64,000 nucleotides of DNA. It comes from Tubulanus polymorphus. Lineage: Eukaryota; Animalia; Nemertea. The notes under the pieces were generated by a model. The model saw only the letters and a list, made by a program, of their open reading frames with translations. It made no database searches and was not told the DNA's origin. Each line of letters begins with the position of its first letter. Position 1 is the stretch's first letter. The stretch is taken from the NCBI RefSeq assembly GCF_964204645.1, contig NC_134033.1:2686131-2750130 (forward strand), in the 5' to 3' direction. Both the position numbers and the translations under genes were made by a program. Below, piece after piece: positions 36,501 through 47,700 of this stretch.

Positions 36501-37472
36501 CGACGCCAGGTGTGACGGCCGTGATCGTCTAGAGGTTAGGACATTGCGTTGTGGCCGCAATAACCCAGGTTCGAATCCTGGTCACGGCAAGATTTTTCTT
36601 AGCTGGGCCTAATAGATTTTTATCAAAATTCAGATCAGATTTTCAAGTGAGATGACAATTCTAATCATTTCAAGATTTCAAGAAGTAATGCATTCTAACC
36701 GACGTCGACGTCTCCAAAACTTACCTCTCGGTTTTCCGGGAGGACTTGCCAACAGTTGCTTCTCTTTGACAGGGTCGGCTGCGAATTCGACGATTCCGAA
36801 TTTTCTCGGATCGACAGAAGAAACTGATCCGGCAAAAACAGACAAAGCGACGAAAACAATCAAAGCGCCGAGTCTAAAATAAACGAAGGCGTAATCCGTA
36901 AGAACCAACTGCGTTGAATTAGTACATTATTCGATTTCAGATAAGTCAAAAATGATTTCAGATTAGTTAATAACTATTTCAGATTAGTTAATAATTTGTT
37001 ACAATTGAGCACAGAATATTCATTTTTCATGTATAATCAACACCTGATCCTCGTCCACGATCCAAAAAGGAAAGCTAGATATGCTAGTTACAGCAGGGGT
37101 GTACCACAGGGTTAAAATCTAAGGCTCTTGCCAAATATTTTCCATGGTAATTCGATAGGAAAAGGCTATTTGACCACCTATTTGACAAAATTTTTCCCTT
37201 TAAGGAAATGGGCATTCAGAATTGTGAGAGTCTTGCGGATGTCTCGAGACCCCTTGATCCGTCAATGAGTTAAGTAGTAAAATTATGATAACTTTGTTTT
37301 TCGTGTGGATATGACCCGACGGTCAGCAGTGTCAAGAAGAAAAACAAACCAGCTGCCAAAAATGTCGTTGAAAATATTCAACTCATCAAATTCAACTTTC
37401 AACGAATTCGAGAAAATTTCACATTAAAAAATCGAGAAATTTCTTTCGCAAAACTTACCTTGTTGTCTCCAT
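29852..37472 (-). CDS. CHRDL: Chordin-like protein (signal peptide + 3 VWC/CR domains + CHRDL-type C-terminal region), 11 exons, ~486 aa
   Basis: Exons 37472-37459, 36873-36725, 35724-35621, 34580-34487, 34161-33974, 33883-33781, 33047-32950, 32317-32191, 31995-31702, 30937-30830, 30033-29852; all GT-AG, phase-consistent, 1461 nt in total. METTRLGALIVFVALSVFAG signal peptide; VWC1 WHPELQPFGKLNCTTCHC...CCPICP; VWC2 CTHDGSVYYDGQTF...QCVQCVC; VWC3 WHPIVDSVGQIPCITCSC...CCKTCP. No CHRD domains. Confidence 0.85.
30390..30462 (-). tRNA. trnT: tRNA-Thr(TGT), intact, in the last intron of the chordin-like gene
   Basis: Full cloverleaf GCCTCCATAGCTCAGG...CTTGTAA...TGGGGGCA followed by an oligo-T terminator. 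Confidence 0.95.
32418..32489 (-). tRNA. trnH: tRNA-His(GTG), intronic
   Basis: GCCGTGATCGTCTAGAGGTTAGGACATTGCGTTGTGGCCGCAATAACCCAGGTTCGAATCCTGGTCACGGCA followed by a T-run. Confidence 0.95.
32706..32779 (-). pseudogene. tRNA-His(GTG) pseudogene
   Basis: T-arm/B-box corrupted and one anticodon-stem mismatch relative to the intact copies. Confidence 0.85.
33444..33565. repeat. (AAT)n microsatellite region
   Basis: Directly visible. Confidence 0.9.
34616..34687 (-). tRNA. trnH: tRNA-His(GTG), intronic
   Basis: Identical to 32418-32489; T-rich terminator downstream. Confidence 0.95.
35107..35398. mobile_element. Foldback/palindromic MITE (same family as 41939-42437)
   Basis: GTCTATTTCAA...TTGAAATAGAC ends with long imperfect inverted arms. 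Confidence 0.7.
36518..36589 (+). tRNA. trnH: tRNA-His(GTG), intronic, antisense to the host gene
   Basis: Identical cloverleaf; TTTTT 4 nt downstream. Confidence 0.95.
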
Positions 37473-37750
37473 GATTTCCGATACTGTTTGAAAAGAATTG
37501 TTTACGAATTCTTGAAGCTCCGGGAACTTTCTAAAACGTTGACCGTTCACAGCGAAAAGCCGAGATACAGTTCGCGCGTGAAAATATTTTGTTTCTTATC
37601 GAAGTGAATTAATCCAAAAAATTTTCGCGGTGAAATTGTCTCTTCTCAGCGGTCGATCCACAAACTTCAACGACAAAAACTTTAAAAAAAAACTGTAGCT
37701 AGGGATGATCCGAGGGTAAGCTCTGTTTGAGTCCGCATCCACTCTCAATT

Positions 37751-37786
37751 GAATGAACTGATCGCTTTCATCCCCGCTTTATATAC
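37751..37786 (-). promoter_or_regulatory. Candidate TATA box and initiator of the chordin-like gene
   Basis: Minus-strand TATATAAA (37778-37785) followed 25-30 nt later by TCAGTTCATTC (Inr-like), about 280 nt upstream of the ATG. Confidence 0.55.
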
Positions 37787-40649
37787 TATATACTCCTCCA
37801 ACACACGTGCCAGTATAGTTATTAGTACAATATAATATTGGCGTCACTTTTGTAATACCATCAATATTATTATTGGAATAATTCGATTATACATCGTTTG
37901 GGGGGTGGATTCCGCGAAGATAAAACCGCCTTGACGCCAGCCATTCACTCAGCAGCGCCACTTGGTTTATATACAGGCCTACCTGGTTAATGTCACAGCC
38001 GAGATCGTCCAGATTTTTAGGGCCGGGTCTCTCCGCGTGCGACTGGACCTGATTTTATTTCCTTCAAATAAATTGAATGAAATTATCCGCGCGCCATCGT
38101 AAAAATTCAATTACGTCGAAAACTTAAATCGTAAAATTGCAACAACGGCAAAGATTTATTTGAAATAGTAATCAATAATGCGCGTAGTTCGTCTGCGTGT
38201 AAGTAAGTTAAATCACCATTATGGCGGCGGCCGCGGGCGCAGACGGATCTGTTTTTGCGCTGCCGCGTACGTTGCTTACACATACAAACAGGTAGAATTA
38301 TTAGCTGGCAAAATGAGAAATCGCGGCGTCAATCCGACGACAAGCCTAACGAGCCCACCTGCGTAAGTTCGCCAATTAGACGCTAGATTGGACCGATTAA
38401 GAACGGACATGGCGCTAGTCGGAGGACTAATTAGACGCGTCGACTCGGCGATAGAGATATGTGGAGAGAGATAGAGGGAGAGGGGGGTTGTGAGAGGGAG
38501 AGAAGAAAAAAAAATAGAGTGAAGAGGGTTGATGGAGACGGTGGTACAGCAAGAGTAGAGAGAGAATATAAGCTGATGCGTGAGTTGAGTGAAGGGAGGT
38601 AGAGGGAGGGGGTTAGGAAAAGTGAGAGGGCGGAAAGGGTTGAACGAGGTGCAGATGCTGGAGAGGGCGAGGGGCGCAGGGACACCGCGGGAGATAACGG
38701 AGGCACTTCAGAGTTAACTCATTGAAAATAAACTCATTTTCGAGTCTCAAGAGTTAACTCTAAATCACGACTGTGTGGAACTGAATCCTGAGATTTTAAG
38801 CCTGAAAGATAACTACGGAATGGGGTCAATAGTTGTTGTACCTGGAACATATAAAGAACCCGTTTTAATATCAGCCGATGTCTCAAGTCAGGGATATGAA
38901 TCTATATAGGCGTCGTTATTTAGTTAGATAATACGCCCGTACATATAAAATGGCGTCGAATTTTGAATATTGTCTCATTAGGCGAGGACTGATAGATCGT
39001 ATCTGGGCAGACGATCGGGCGGCGACCGGCTAGTGAGCGCCGCGCAGGAATTTAACGCGAGATATTTCTGAGAGATAATTTCGCTTTTCGGAGCCACCTT
39101 TATTAGCCGGCCACCGAACTATTGTCGATGGTATTCAAGTTTATTAGCGGCTTCGAAAAGTCGCCTTAAATCTGGTAAATATTTCAATTGGAAAGCTATA
39201 AAACTATCGCTAACTTTGTATACATATGTATTGGACTTTTCCCAAAATTTTATATAAGCTAGAATTAGCACGATTGTTACACCGATAAAAAAATTATCCA
39301 CGCAAAAATCCCCTTGGCAATAATCCCCTAGGTAAGATTAGCCTCTACCGGTATCTCCAATTGTCCGAGGTCATTTTCCAATTTTTAAAGAACATCATAT
39401 AGCAAGTCATCTCTCCAAATCAAGCCAGTAACCATAATACTGTGTTAGCATAAGTAATCTATGAGTTAGTTTACCATTCGCCTGGGCTTGAAATATAATT
39501 TAACTTGCGATCTTTAACCTGAAATGTATAATGATTTTCAATGTTAAAAAGTCTGGCCCAACTTTCAAATCCACATTATTTACAACACGTTTTATACTGT
39601 CGAGCCTATAGTAGCCTGAATCAAAAAGCCCATGTTTTATTTTATGTAATCAGATTTTGTTTGAGCACTTCCAATGCATCCAGTTCCGCAGTTGCATCTC
39701 CAAATAGTGGCTTCAAAAATACTGAATAAACAAAAATTAACACATTAAAAGCGTAAAATTCGCCACAAGCCTTTGGCACGTTTTTTTTTAAAACATTTCT
39801 TAAGCGTTGAATCGACTTGTATTTGGAAACCGGCGCGGCCCGACTGCCGAGCGCCATTAGCTGACAATCTAAAGATGATCAGAATAGATAAGATCGTAAT
39901 CTCTTTATTCGCCAATTTAGAATATTGGCGTACATAAATATTGTGACTCTGTCGCGGCCCGCGGCGGCACCGCGCTCTGTGTGTTATTCAGGAGGTGTCA
40001 CTCGCTGAGCGAAGAGACCTATACCTCCAGTGACGTTGCATTTACTTTACTTTGCTTTACAAATAGGGAGCTCAGGAATTTTTTTCTTTTTTTAGTGAAC
40101 TGTGAGTACATGTGAAATGTCTGGAGAAAGCGAAAACTCCGTTGATCCAGAGTCTCCTCCAGCTCATTAACTCACCTGATCCAGACTCCAGTTCTCAGAC
40201 TTTCGAACGAAAAAGATATATCTATTTCTCACCATGCCCCCTCCGGGACCCCGTACCCGGGCTCCGTAGTGTCGATTTTGTACGAGTCGTTTTACGGCTT
40301 ATTCTAACACTGGCCAGCTGTATTCGGCAATTGAGCTTATTTTTTGTAGATATTGTGAGTTCGGGAAAACGTTGACAATTTCTTTTTTCCACTGAATCCG
40401 GGCCGGGGCATATGCAGCACGGATTCGAATGTAATGACGAAACTAAGTAAACTGGATATCAAAATTTGAAATGTGGAACAGGGTAGGCCTGTTGCTGTGT
40501 ATATATCTCTTATTTTCTGTACTTCGGGTCTCCTATTAACGGATAAATAAAGTCTATTTTGAATTTGAATTCATGAAACAGTGAATCGATGGGTTTCGAA
40601 CCCAACGAGTCAACGATCGTTCGTCGACCAATCAGCGAGCGCCTGCACA

Positions 40650-40880
40650 TCACCAATATGGCGGCCTCCATAGCTGGAAGGAAATCGCCGGTAAATTTAT
40701 CAGTTTTTAAGCCTTTAAGCAATCTACTATCGATCGTAGCGCCTTGAAAATAACGCCATCTGAAAGAGCGTGAAATAATCTTTATTTTTAGAATATTTGT
40801 TTCGTTATCGAACCACCAAAAACGGGTAAACTGCGCTTGAGAGTAAAATTTGATCCAGTCCGAACCCGGAAGTGTTTGCG
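40650..40880 (+). promoter_or_regulatory. Candidate TATA-less housekeeping promoter of UGGT
   Basis: YY1-like AATATGGCGG (~40656) and ETS-like CCGGAAGTG (~40866). The ATG exon is preceded by a splice acceptor (TTTTTCAG, 41740), implying an upstream UTR exon. Confidence 0.4.
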
Positions 40881-41291
40881 TTTGGAATATATATATTGTC
40901 GTTTTAAGCAGGTTTTCAGCGCTGCTAGTTCCTCACTTGATTGTTGAAGGGAACATTTTGGAATTGTGAAGTAATTGCTATGACAGGCAAAGTGGTCTAT
41001 GTAGAAATTTGGGCTAGGCCAGGGGCCTAGGCTATGTCATGATAAATGATGGATTTGGCAACATTTAGAATCTTAAGCATAGCGGGTTGGGGGTTCCGGG
41101 TGTTAGTCAGTAGAAATGTGGTTGTAAGATCTTCTTGAGAAAGCTTTTTTACCTCTATGGTAATGGTTTCATACAACGGTTTTATTGGTTTCATTCAACA
41201 ATATCATTTAGGCCTAATTGTATTTTAGCTTTTATCGTATGTTCTAATATTGTGTTAAGCGCCTTAGAAATCTGAGGGTTAAGGCCATTAA

Positions 41292-41580
41292 CCCTTTCAG
41301 TGCTGACTAATTAATACCCTATAGTGCTGGAGATTTTGAAAATTCCACACTTGTGTGTTGAACAACGGGAATACCACTATAGTGCGTCTACACCGTGGTG
41401 CGGTGTATCGTTAGTTACTAGTATTTCACTATGTTTCACTATGTATTTCAGGTGCTGCCATTTTTCACGAGAGATAACTACTAATTACAATATAATTAAT
41501 CAATACACCGCAGTGGGGTGTACTAGCAAAAGCTATCACTGATTTATACACCGCATTGCGGTGTAGACGCACTGAAAGGG
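41292..41580. mobile_element. piggyBac-like MITE; other copies at 42958-43238, 45521-45797, 49937-50192, 52852-53118, 56559-56836, 58948-59086, 60273-60552, 60748-61017
   Basis: TTAA|CCCTTTCAGTGC...GCACTGAAAGGG|TTAA, ~280 bp, with internal TACACCGCAGTGCGGTGTA palindromes. Confidence 0.88.
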
Positions 41581-41743
41581 TTAAGCTTTAAACAATTATA
41601 ATAATGATATTAATGAAGAATTCAAGGCTTTTTAGGAAAGTTGAAAGTCGGATTGTTATGAAGTTTCACTATTGAAAAACATGTAAAAAATAAACCGACC
41701 CTTCTCACCGGTGTATATATTTGCATTTGACGTTTTTCAGATA

Positions 41744-44700
41744 ATGGCGCTGTGTCGTCTCGTTGTCTCCGTGTTCGTAATCGTATTGATATCGGTACGA
41801 ACGGCCGCCGAGGCTAAGAACAAATACGTGAGCATCTCGCTGAATTCGCAGTGGTCGGCGACGCCTATTCTAGCCGAAGCGAGGTACGTTGTAATGCTAT
41901 AATGAATTGAGAAGATACTGTGTATAATATGAATAACTAATGTCTATTTCAACCTGACTTCGGAGCATTCCTGGAGGCCTAGCTCGCTAATTTTTGGTAT
42001 TACATACCTGATAAAGGTCTTTGTAGTACCAGAAAGGACAGGCAGTCGACCTTAATCATCATTTTTTAATCCATTTGAAACTGTATTGAAGGATATCCAG
42101 AAAGTCTTCACTGAAAGGGGTTAAATGAAGAGAAGTGACTCTATGATTTGAAAGTTAAACAATATGTTTCCATGCCTGCGTACCAAACTTCAGTTGGTAG
42201 GCATGGAGACATATTGTTAAACATTCAAATCGTAGAGTCTCTTTTCTCTCAGGAACCCCTCTCAATGCAGATTTTTTGGATATCCTTCAATATAGTTTAA
42301 AGTGGATTAAAAAATAATATTTTAGGTCGACTGCCAATGCATTCTGGTCCTAATAAGACTTCTATCAGGTATGTACTACCAAAACTGACTGAGCTAGGCC
42401 ACCCGGAATGCTCTCAAGTCAGGTTGAAATAGACATTGGAAAGAATCCCACAATAGATTCAGCCAAAAATGAAAACTTCTGTACTCAAATGATATCTATA
42501 TTTCGAGCAACATTTCGAAATATAGATATATACTTTACTATAGAATTTTTCATTTATGGCTGAATTATTGCGGGTTTTGATTTCTCTTGTGTTCCACTGC
42601 AGTTGACTTAGCCTTACTTAATTGTAAGAGTATCTTTTTCTCACTTCCACTACATTCAAAGAAAACTTTTTTTGGCAATCATACAAATGGATTAACCCCT
42701 TCAAGGCCCTTGGGCATATTGTTTACATATGAAGCACATATATCGGCAGACGGTCGGTCGGCCATTTTTTGTCGAAAATAAAATTCATTTCAATGAATAT
42801 CAGAAAACAGTTTTCGCTCTGCACTTTTGAAGTCAGGTTAAGGTCTGTTTATTGGTCATTTCTGCACCTGGTACGCTCCTTATTTTTTTCGGACCTTAAG
42901 CAGACGTTGTCGAGCCATTTAAAAATTAGCGCTTACCTAAAGGACAGCACTGGTTAACCCTTTCAGTGCTGACTGATTAATACCCTATAGAGCCGGAGAT
43001 AATTTGAAAATTTTAAAAAATTCCACCCTAGTGTGTTGAATAATGGGAATACCACTATAGTGCGTCTACACCGCAGCGCGGTGTATCGTTAGTTACTAGT
43101 ATTTCACTACATTAGACACGTGCTGCCATCTTTCAATAGAGATAATTACTAATTACATCAATACACCGCAGTGCGGTGTACTAGCAAAATCCATCACCGA
43201 TTCATACACGGCACTGCGGTGTAGATGCACTGAAAGGGTTAATCAGTGTCAGGGTTCCTCCACATCGGGGAATTCGAATTCTTGCGAGGAGGTTTGCAAA
43301 ATTGAAAATGAACTCATTTCGATCAGGATTCAGTTGTGAGTTACAGCTAACTCTTATTAACCCTCGCAACTATTTGAACTGGGTCTGAGCGAGTAGTGAT
43401 CTCTTCCACCTTCGTTTTGAAATTCCTTGCAACGACTTCGTGAAGTAAATAATGCGTTTTTCTATTTCGTACAGTGAATACATCGCGAAGGGCGGAAACG
43501 CGTATTTCTGGCAGTTCGTCGACGCGGTTTGCGAACATTCCGAGCAAAGCGTTTTCGGAGGTCAGTACGTTCGACATGAGTGAAGAAGGAAGAACCGTTA
43601 GGGAAATCAGTGCGAGCTCTGTGGCCCCCGAGATCATTGACAATATTCGCGTTTAGTTTCTAGTCTATCTAGTCAGAAGCGGGGAAATTGGACTCGAGAA
43701 TATTTCGGGGAATAACATCGAGGATAGGGCCTACTTTTTTCTGGCTAAATCGAAAACGGGGAAAATGGGGTTGGAGAAAATTTGGGGGGTCTGAAGACAA
43801 TGCGTTTAATTTTTTCTGTCAGTCCTCTCTTGCCGATTTGACGCGAGGCTGTGTGGAGCCGATATGGCCTTCGTTGAAATAGGGCTTGGAAAATTTAGGC
43901 CTCCTTTTCTGCGTGAATGTTGAAGTAAATTTCGCTTTTTTGTTTTCACGCAGAAAATGATCAGGAACATTATAATTTCATCTTGAAAATCGCCGATAAG
44001 TTCCTGTCGCCACAGCAGCTGAAAATATTCCGGTTTTCTCTCGCTCTCAGAGCTCAGTCTCCGACCATCGAAATGTACAATCAGGTAGGACGAACTATTT
44101 TACGACGGGTTTTCGGAAAAATCCGGAAATTCGTTCAGTTCTCTTTGAATCGGGTCAGGGTGGCGCCACTGACCTGGAAAACTTGCAAAATTAGAAAAAT
44201 TAGAATGGGAATTAGAAAAATCTAAAACAAAATTCAGGGAAAACTTGACGAATTTTATCAAAAACCTGGAAAAAAACTAAAGGGAATTTGGATAATGCTA
44301 ATGCTGATCGCGTCTTCATCAATAATTCAATGAAATTCAATGTAAACATTTTAAATCTAGAAATTTCTCTGAATTTTGTGTAATCACATGGAAAAATCAG
44401 GAAAAATGGGTGGAAAGTGGCGCCACCCTGTAACGGTTCTTACAGATCCGAAAATGTAACGGGTATATTTCTGCAATTCTGAAATGAAATTCTTCGTCGA
44501 AATTGCAGGTCGCCGAGACGGTGGCTCCATCTAACTGTGATACGTTCATCGAAGTTCAAGGTAAAACCAGCTGTAACGTGAACGACGTCGAGAAACTGGT
44601 TCAGTCGTCTGCCGACAGGTAATTCGTCCACCAACTAGGTCACAAAACTTATTGCTATTTTTCGGATTTATGGGCCCGGTTTCATAGACTGAGTATCCCT

Positions 44701-47700
44701 AGGGGTAAATTGTCAATCTGGGTGACAACCACCGTAGTAACGATGAGAAACCAAGGTTATAAGTGACGAATTTCAAAATATTCCCAGGGACTATTTTTCT
44801 TTCACATCTAAGAAACCCAGCCCTGGGAAATATTGAGGGCAGCGTTGTAAAGTATTGAAGTAAGGCTAAGATAAGATATTCTCTCTCTCCCTCTCCCTCC
44901 CTCTCCCTCTCTCTCCCCCTCTCTCACTCTCTCCCTCTCTCTCCCCCCCTCTCTCTCACTCTCTCCCTCTCCTCTCTCTCCCTCTCTCCCTCTCTCCCTC
45001 TCTCTCTCCATCTCTCTCTCCCTCTCTCTCTCCCTCTCTCACTCTCTCCCTCTCTCTCTCCCTCTCTCCCTCCCTCCCTCCCTCCCTCTCTCTCCTAATC
45101 CGGAGTTACAAATGAACTGAATTACAAATGTTGTCGCAAAAGTGACCCGGCCGATTAGGAAAAGCAAGGAAACATTTTTGTTTCTGGCCTGACTGCCTAA
45201 GTTTTTTTCGATGAACATTTTCTCGATCGTGTTCGAATATATTTCAGGCCGGCGTCGATGATTTTGAAAGTCGACCACCGCTACCCGAGCGCAGACGACG
45301 AAGACGTAGTCGTCGTTCTGTACGGTCAAATCGGAACCGACTCGTTCAAAACGTTTCATCGACGAATCAAATCGCTGGCAGACGACGGTAAAGTGGATTA
45401 CATCGTACGGCATTACGTGCAGGTAATGATTATTTTACGTTTCTTTCGTTTTTTGCAAGCAACAGGGTCCATAAGATTCCTTGATTCCTCAAAAAAAAAA
45501 TCAAAGAAAATGCTTTTAAACCCTTTCAGTGCGTCTACACTGCAGTGCGGTGTACAAATCGGTGATGGATTTTGTTAGTACACCGCAATGCAGTGTATTG
45601 ATGATATCAGTAATTAGTAATTATCTCTTGAAAAATGGCAGCACCTGTGAAATACTAGTAACTAACGATACACCGCGCCACGGTGTAGACGCATTATAGT
45701 GGTATTCCCGTTATTCAACACACTAGGGTGGAATTTTTAAAAAATTTTCAAATTATCTCCAGCACTATAGGGTATTAATTAGTCAGCACTGAAAGGGTTA
45801 ACGGTAATCGAAGAAGTCCCACGATTCGAATTTTATATGTCAGAATTTATTATTTTGAAACCACAACGTTTTGGCTGTTGACTAACAGCCATCATCAGGT
45901 GGAACTTCTGTTTTCCGGTCATTCCACCTGATGATGGCTGTTAGTCAGCAGCCGAAACGTTGCGGTTTCAAAATGATAAATTCTAACATAAAAATTTCGA
46001 ATCGTGGGACTTCTGCGATTGTCTACAGCATACACGCATTAGAGTGTTTCATTCGACTGCTTTTAAAGGTGCTTAAAACTCCATCAATTGAGAGAAATAA
46101 GCTATTTAGAAATTTTTGTCTAGTTGTACAGTAAACTACGCCTCAATCGGTAAAATTGGGACCAGGATTTTGTTTTTACCCAAATTAGGCAGTATCCGAA
46201 TTAGAATCCTAGACCAGAAGCTAGTGTAAAGGATAGAAAATTAGCTAGCGAAACCACTGAATTAATGGTTTTATGAAGCAAAAACCGGGTCCCTATGACT
46301 ATCCTGATTCCTTCTCTAAATGGAAATGGAAAATGCTCTGAAAGACATACCTGCCTGAAACTCAATTTGAGCAAAATGTCAGAAACTCCTTCAATTTTGA
46401 GAAATAGACATTTTAGAAATGTTTGTCTAGTTTGTAGTTGTGGTACAGTTAACAAGGCCTAAATCAATACAGATGGACCGTGATTTTTTTTTCGCCCAAT
46501 ATTAGGCGGTCACCGAATTAGAAACTGACTTCCGATCATGTAGCTTATAGTATAAGAATAAGCTTACTAGGCGTTGTTGCTTACTTGTGCGTCTGCTAAG
46601 AATGTGCATTATGTACAATTTTATCGATTATTTTTCTATTGTTGCAGTATCGCGGCAACGAGAAAGTGCGTCTTAGCGGATACGGGGTCGGACTCGACAT
46701 CAAAAACCAAGAATACAAGGCGAAAGACGACACGAAGGTCGAAGGTCAGTTCGATTGTATTTATTCGAAATTATTTCCGCGCGCTTGAAATTTACCTTTT
46801 AAATTCGCGCTAGATTTCATTTGTCCGTGAAATCATTAAATGTCGTAATCGTAATCAAGTCGTTATCATGTCGGTCATGTATCAGAGGGCGGATCCAGTA
46901 CTTACGACGTTTTCCATTGCGTGCCGCATTTAGAACGCGCTTTCTATTCTGCCAGGGTGGCGCCACTGACCGACCTGTAAAAAACTGCTGGGAATTCGGA
47001 CGACGCTATTCTTTATCAATACGTGATTCAATGAAATATGAATGAATTGTAGCATTTTTTTAAAACCTCGAAATTTCTCTGATTCACTCAGGAATTTTCT
47101 GTTATAACATGGAAAACTCATGGAATTTGTAAATTGGCGGAAAGTGTTGTCACCCTCTCTGCGCAGGGCACCTTATACATCATAATAGAAGTCATTGACT
47201 TTCACGTATGTGGCTTACATGTATATAATATTACTGATGTAAATATTTTTGTAGAGTTGCAAGTGAAAAGTCTCCAAAATTGCTTGATAAAAGTGCTTGT
47301 TTTCTGCCTCGGAAATTCAATGCGGAAAATGTCACTTTTTTAAAAAACTGCAGTATTCAAGAATACAACCTGGATCCGCCTCTGTTAATGTTCATATATT
47401 TATTCAAAGTTGCTTTCAATGTTCGATGTATCGTTTTAATGTTGTCTAATGTTTGTGAAAAATATTTGTGTCATCGAAAAAATATTTGTCATTTTCGTGG
47501 ATGTAGAAGAATCTCAAATGGGTAAGAAACTGATCATTCATTCGTTCATTCATTCATTCATTCATTCGTTCATTCATTCATGCATTCCTTCATACATTCA
47601 TTCATTCCTTCATACATTCATTCATTCATGCATTCCTTCATACATTCATGCATTCCTTCATACATTCATTCATTCATTCATTCATTCATTCATTCATTCA

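Noticed and set aside
29852-37472. True chordin/sog or kielin/BMPER
   Set aside because: Only three VWC domains, with no CHRD or VWD domains; the architecture fits chordin-like.
44808-45413. ER/GR-rich minus-strand ORFs
   Set aside because: CT microsatellite and antisense of a UGGT exon.
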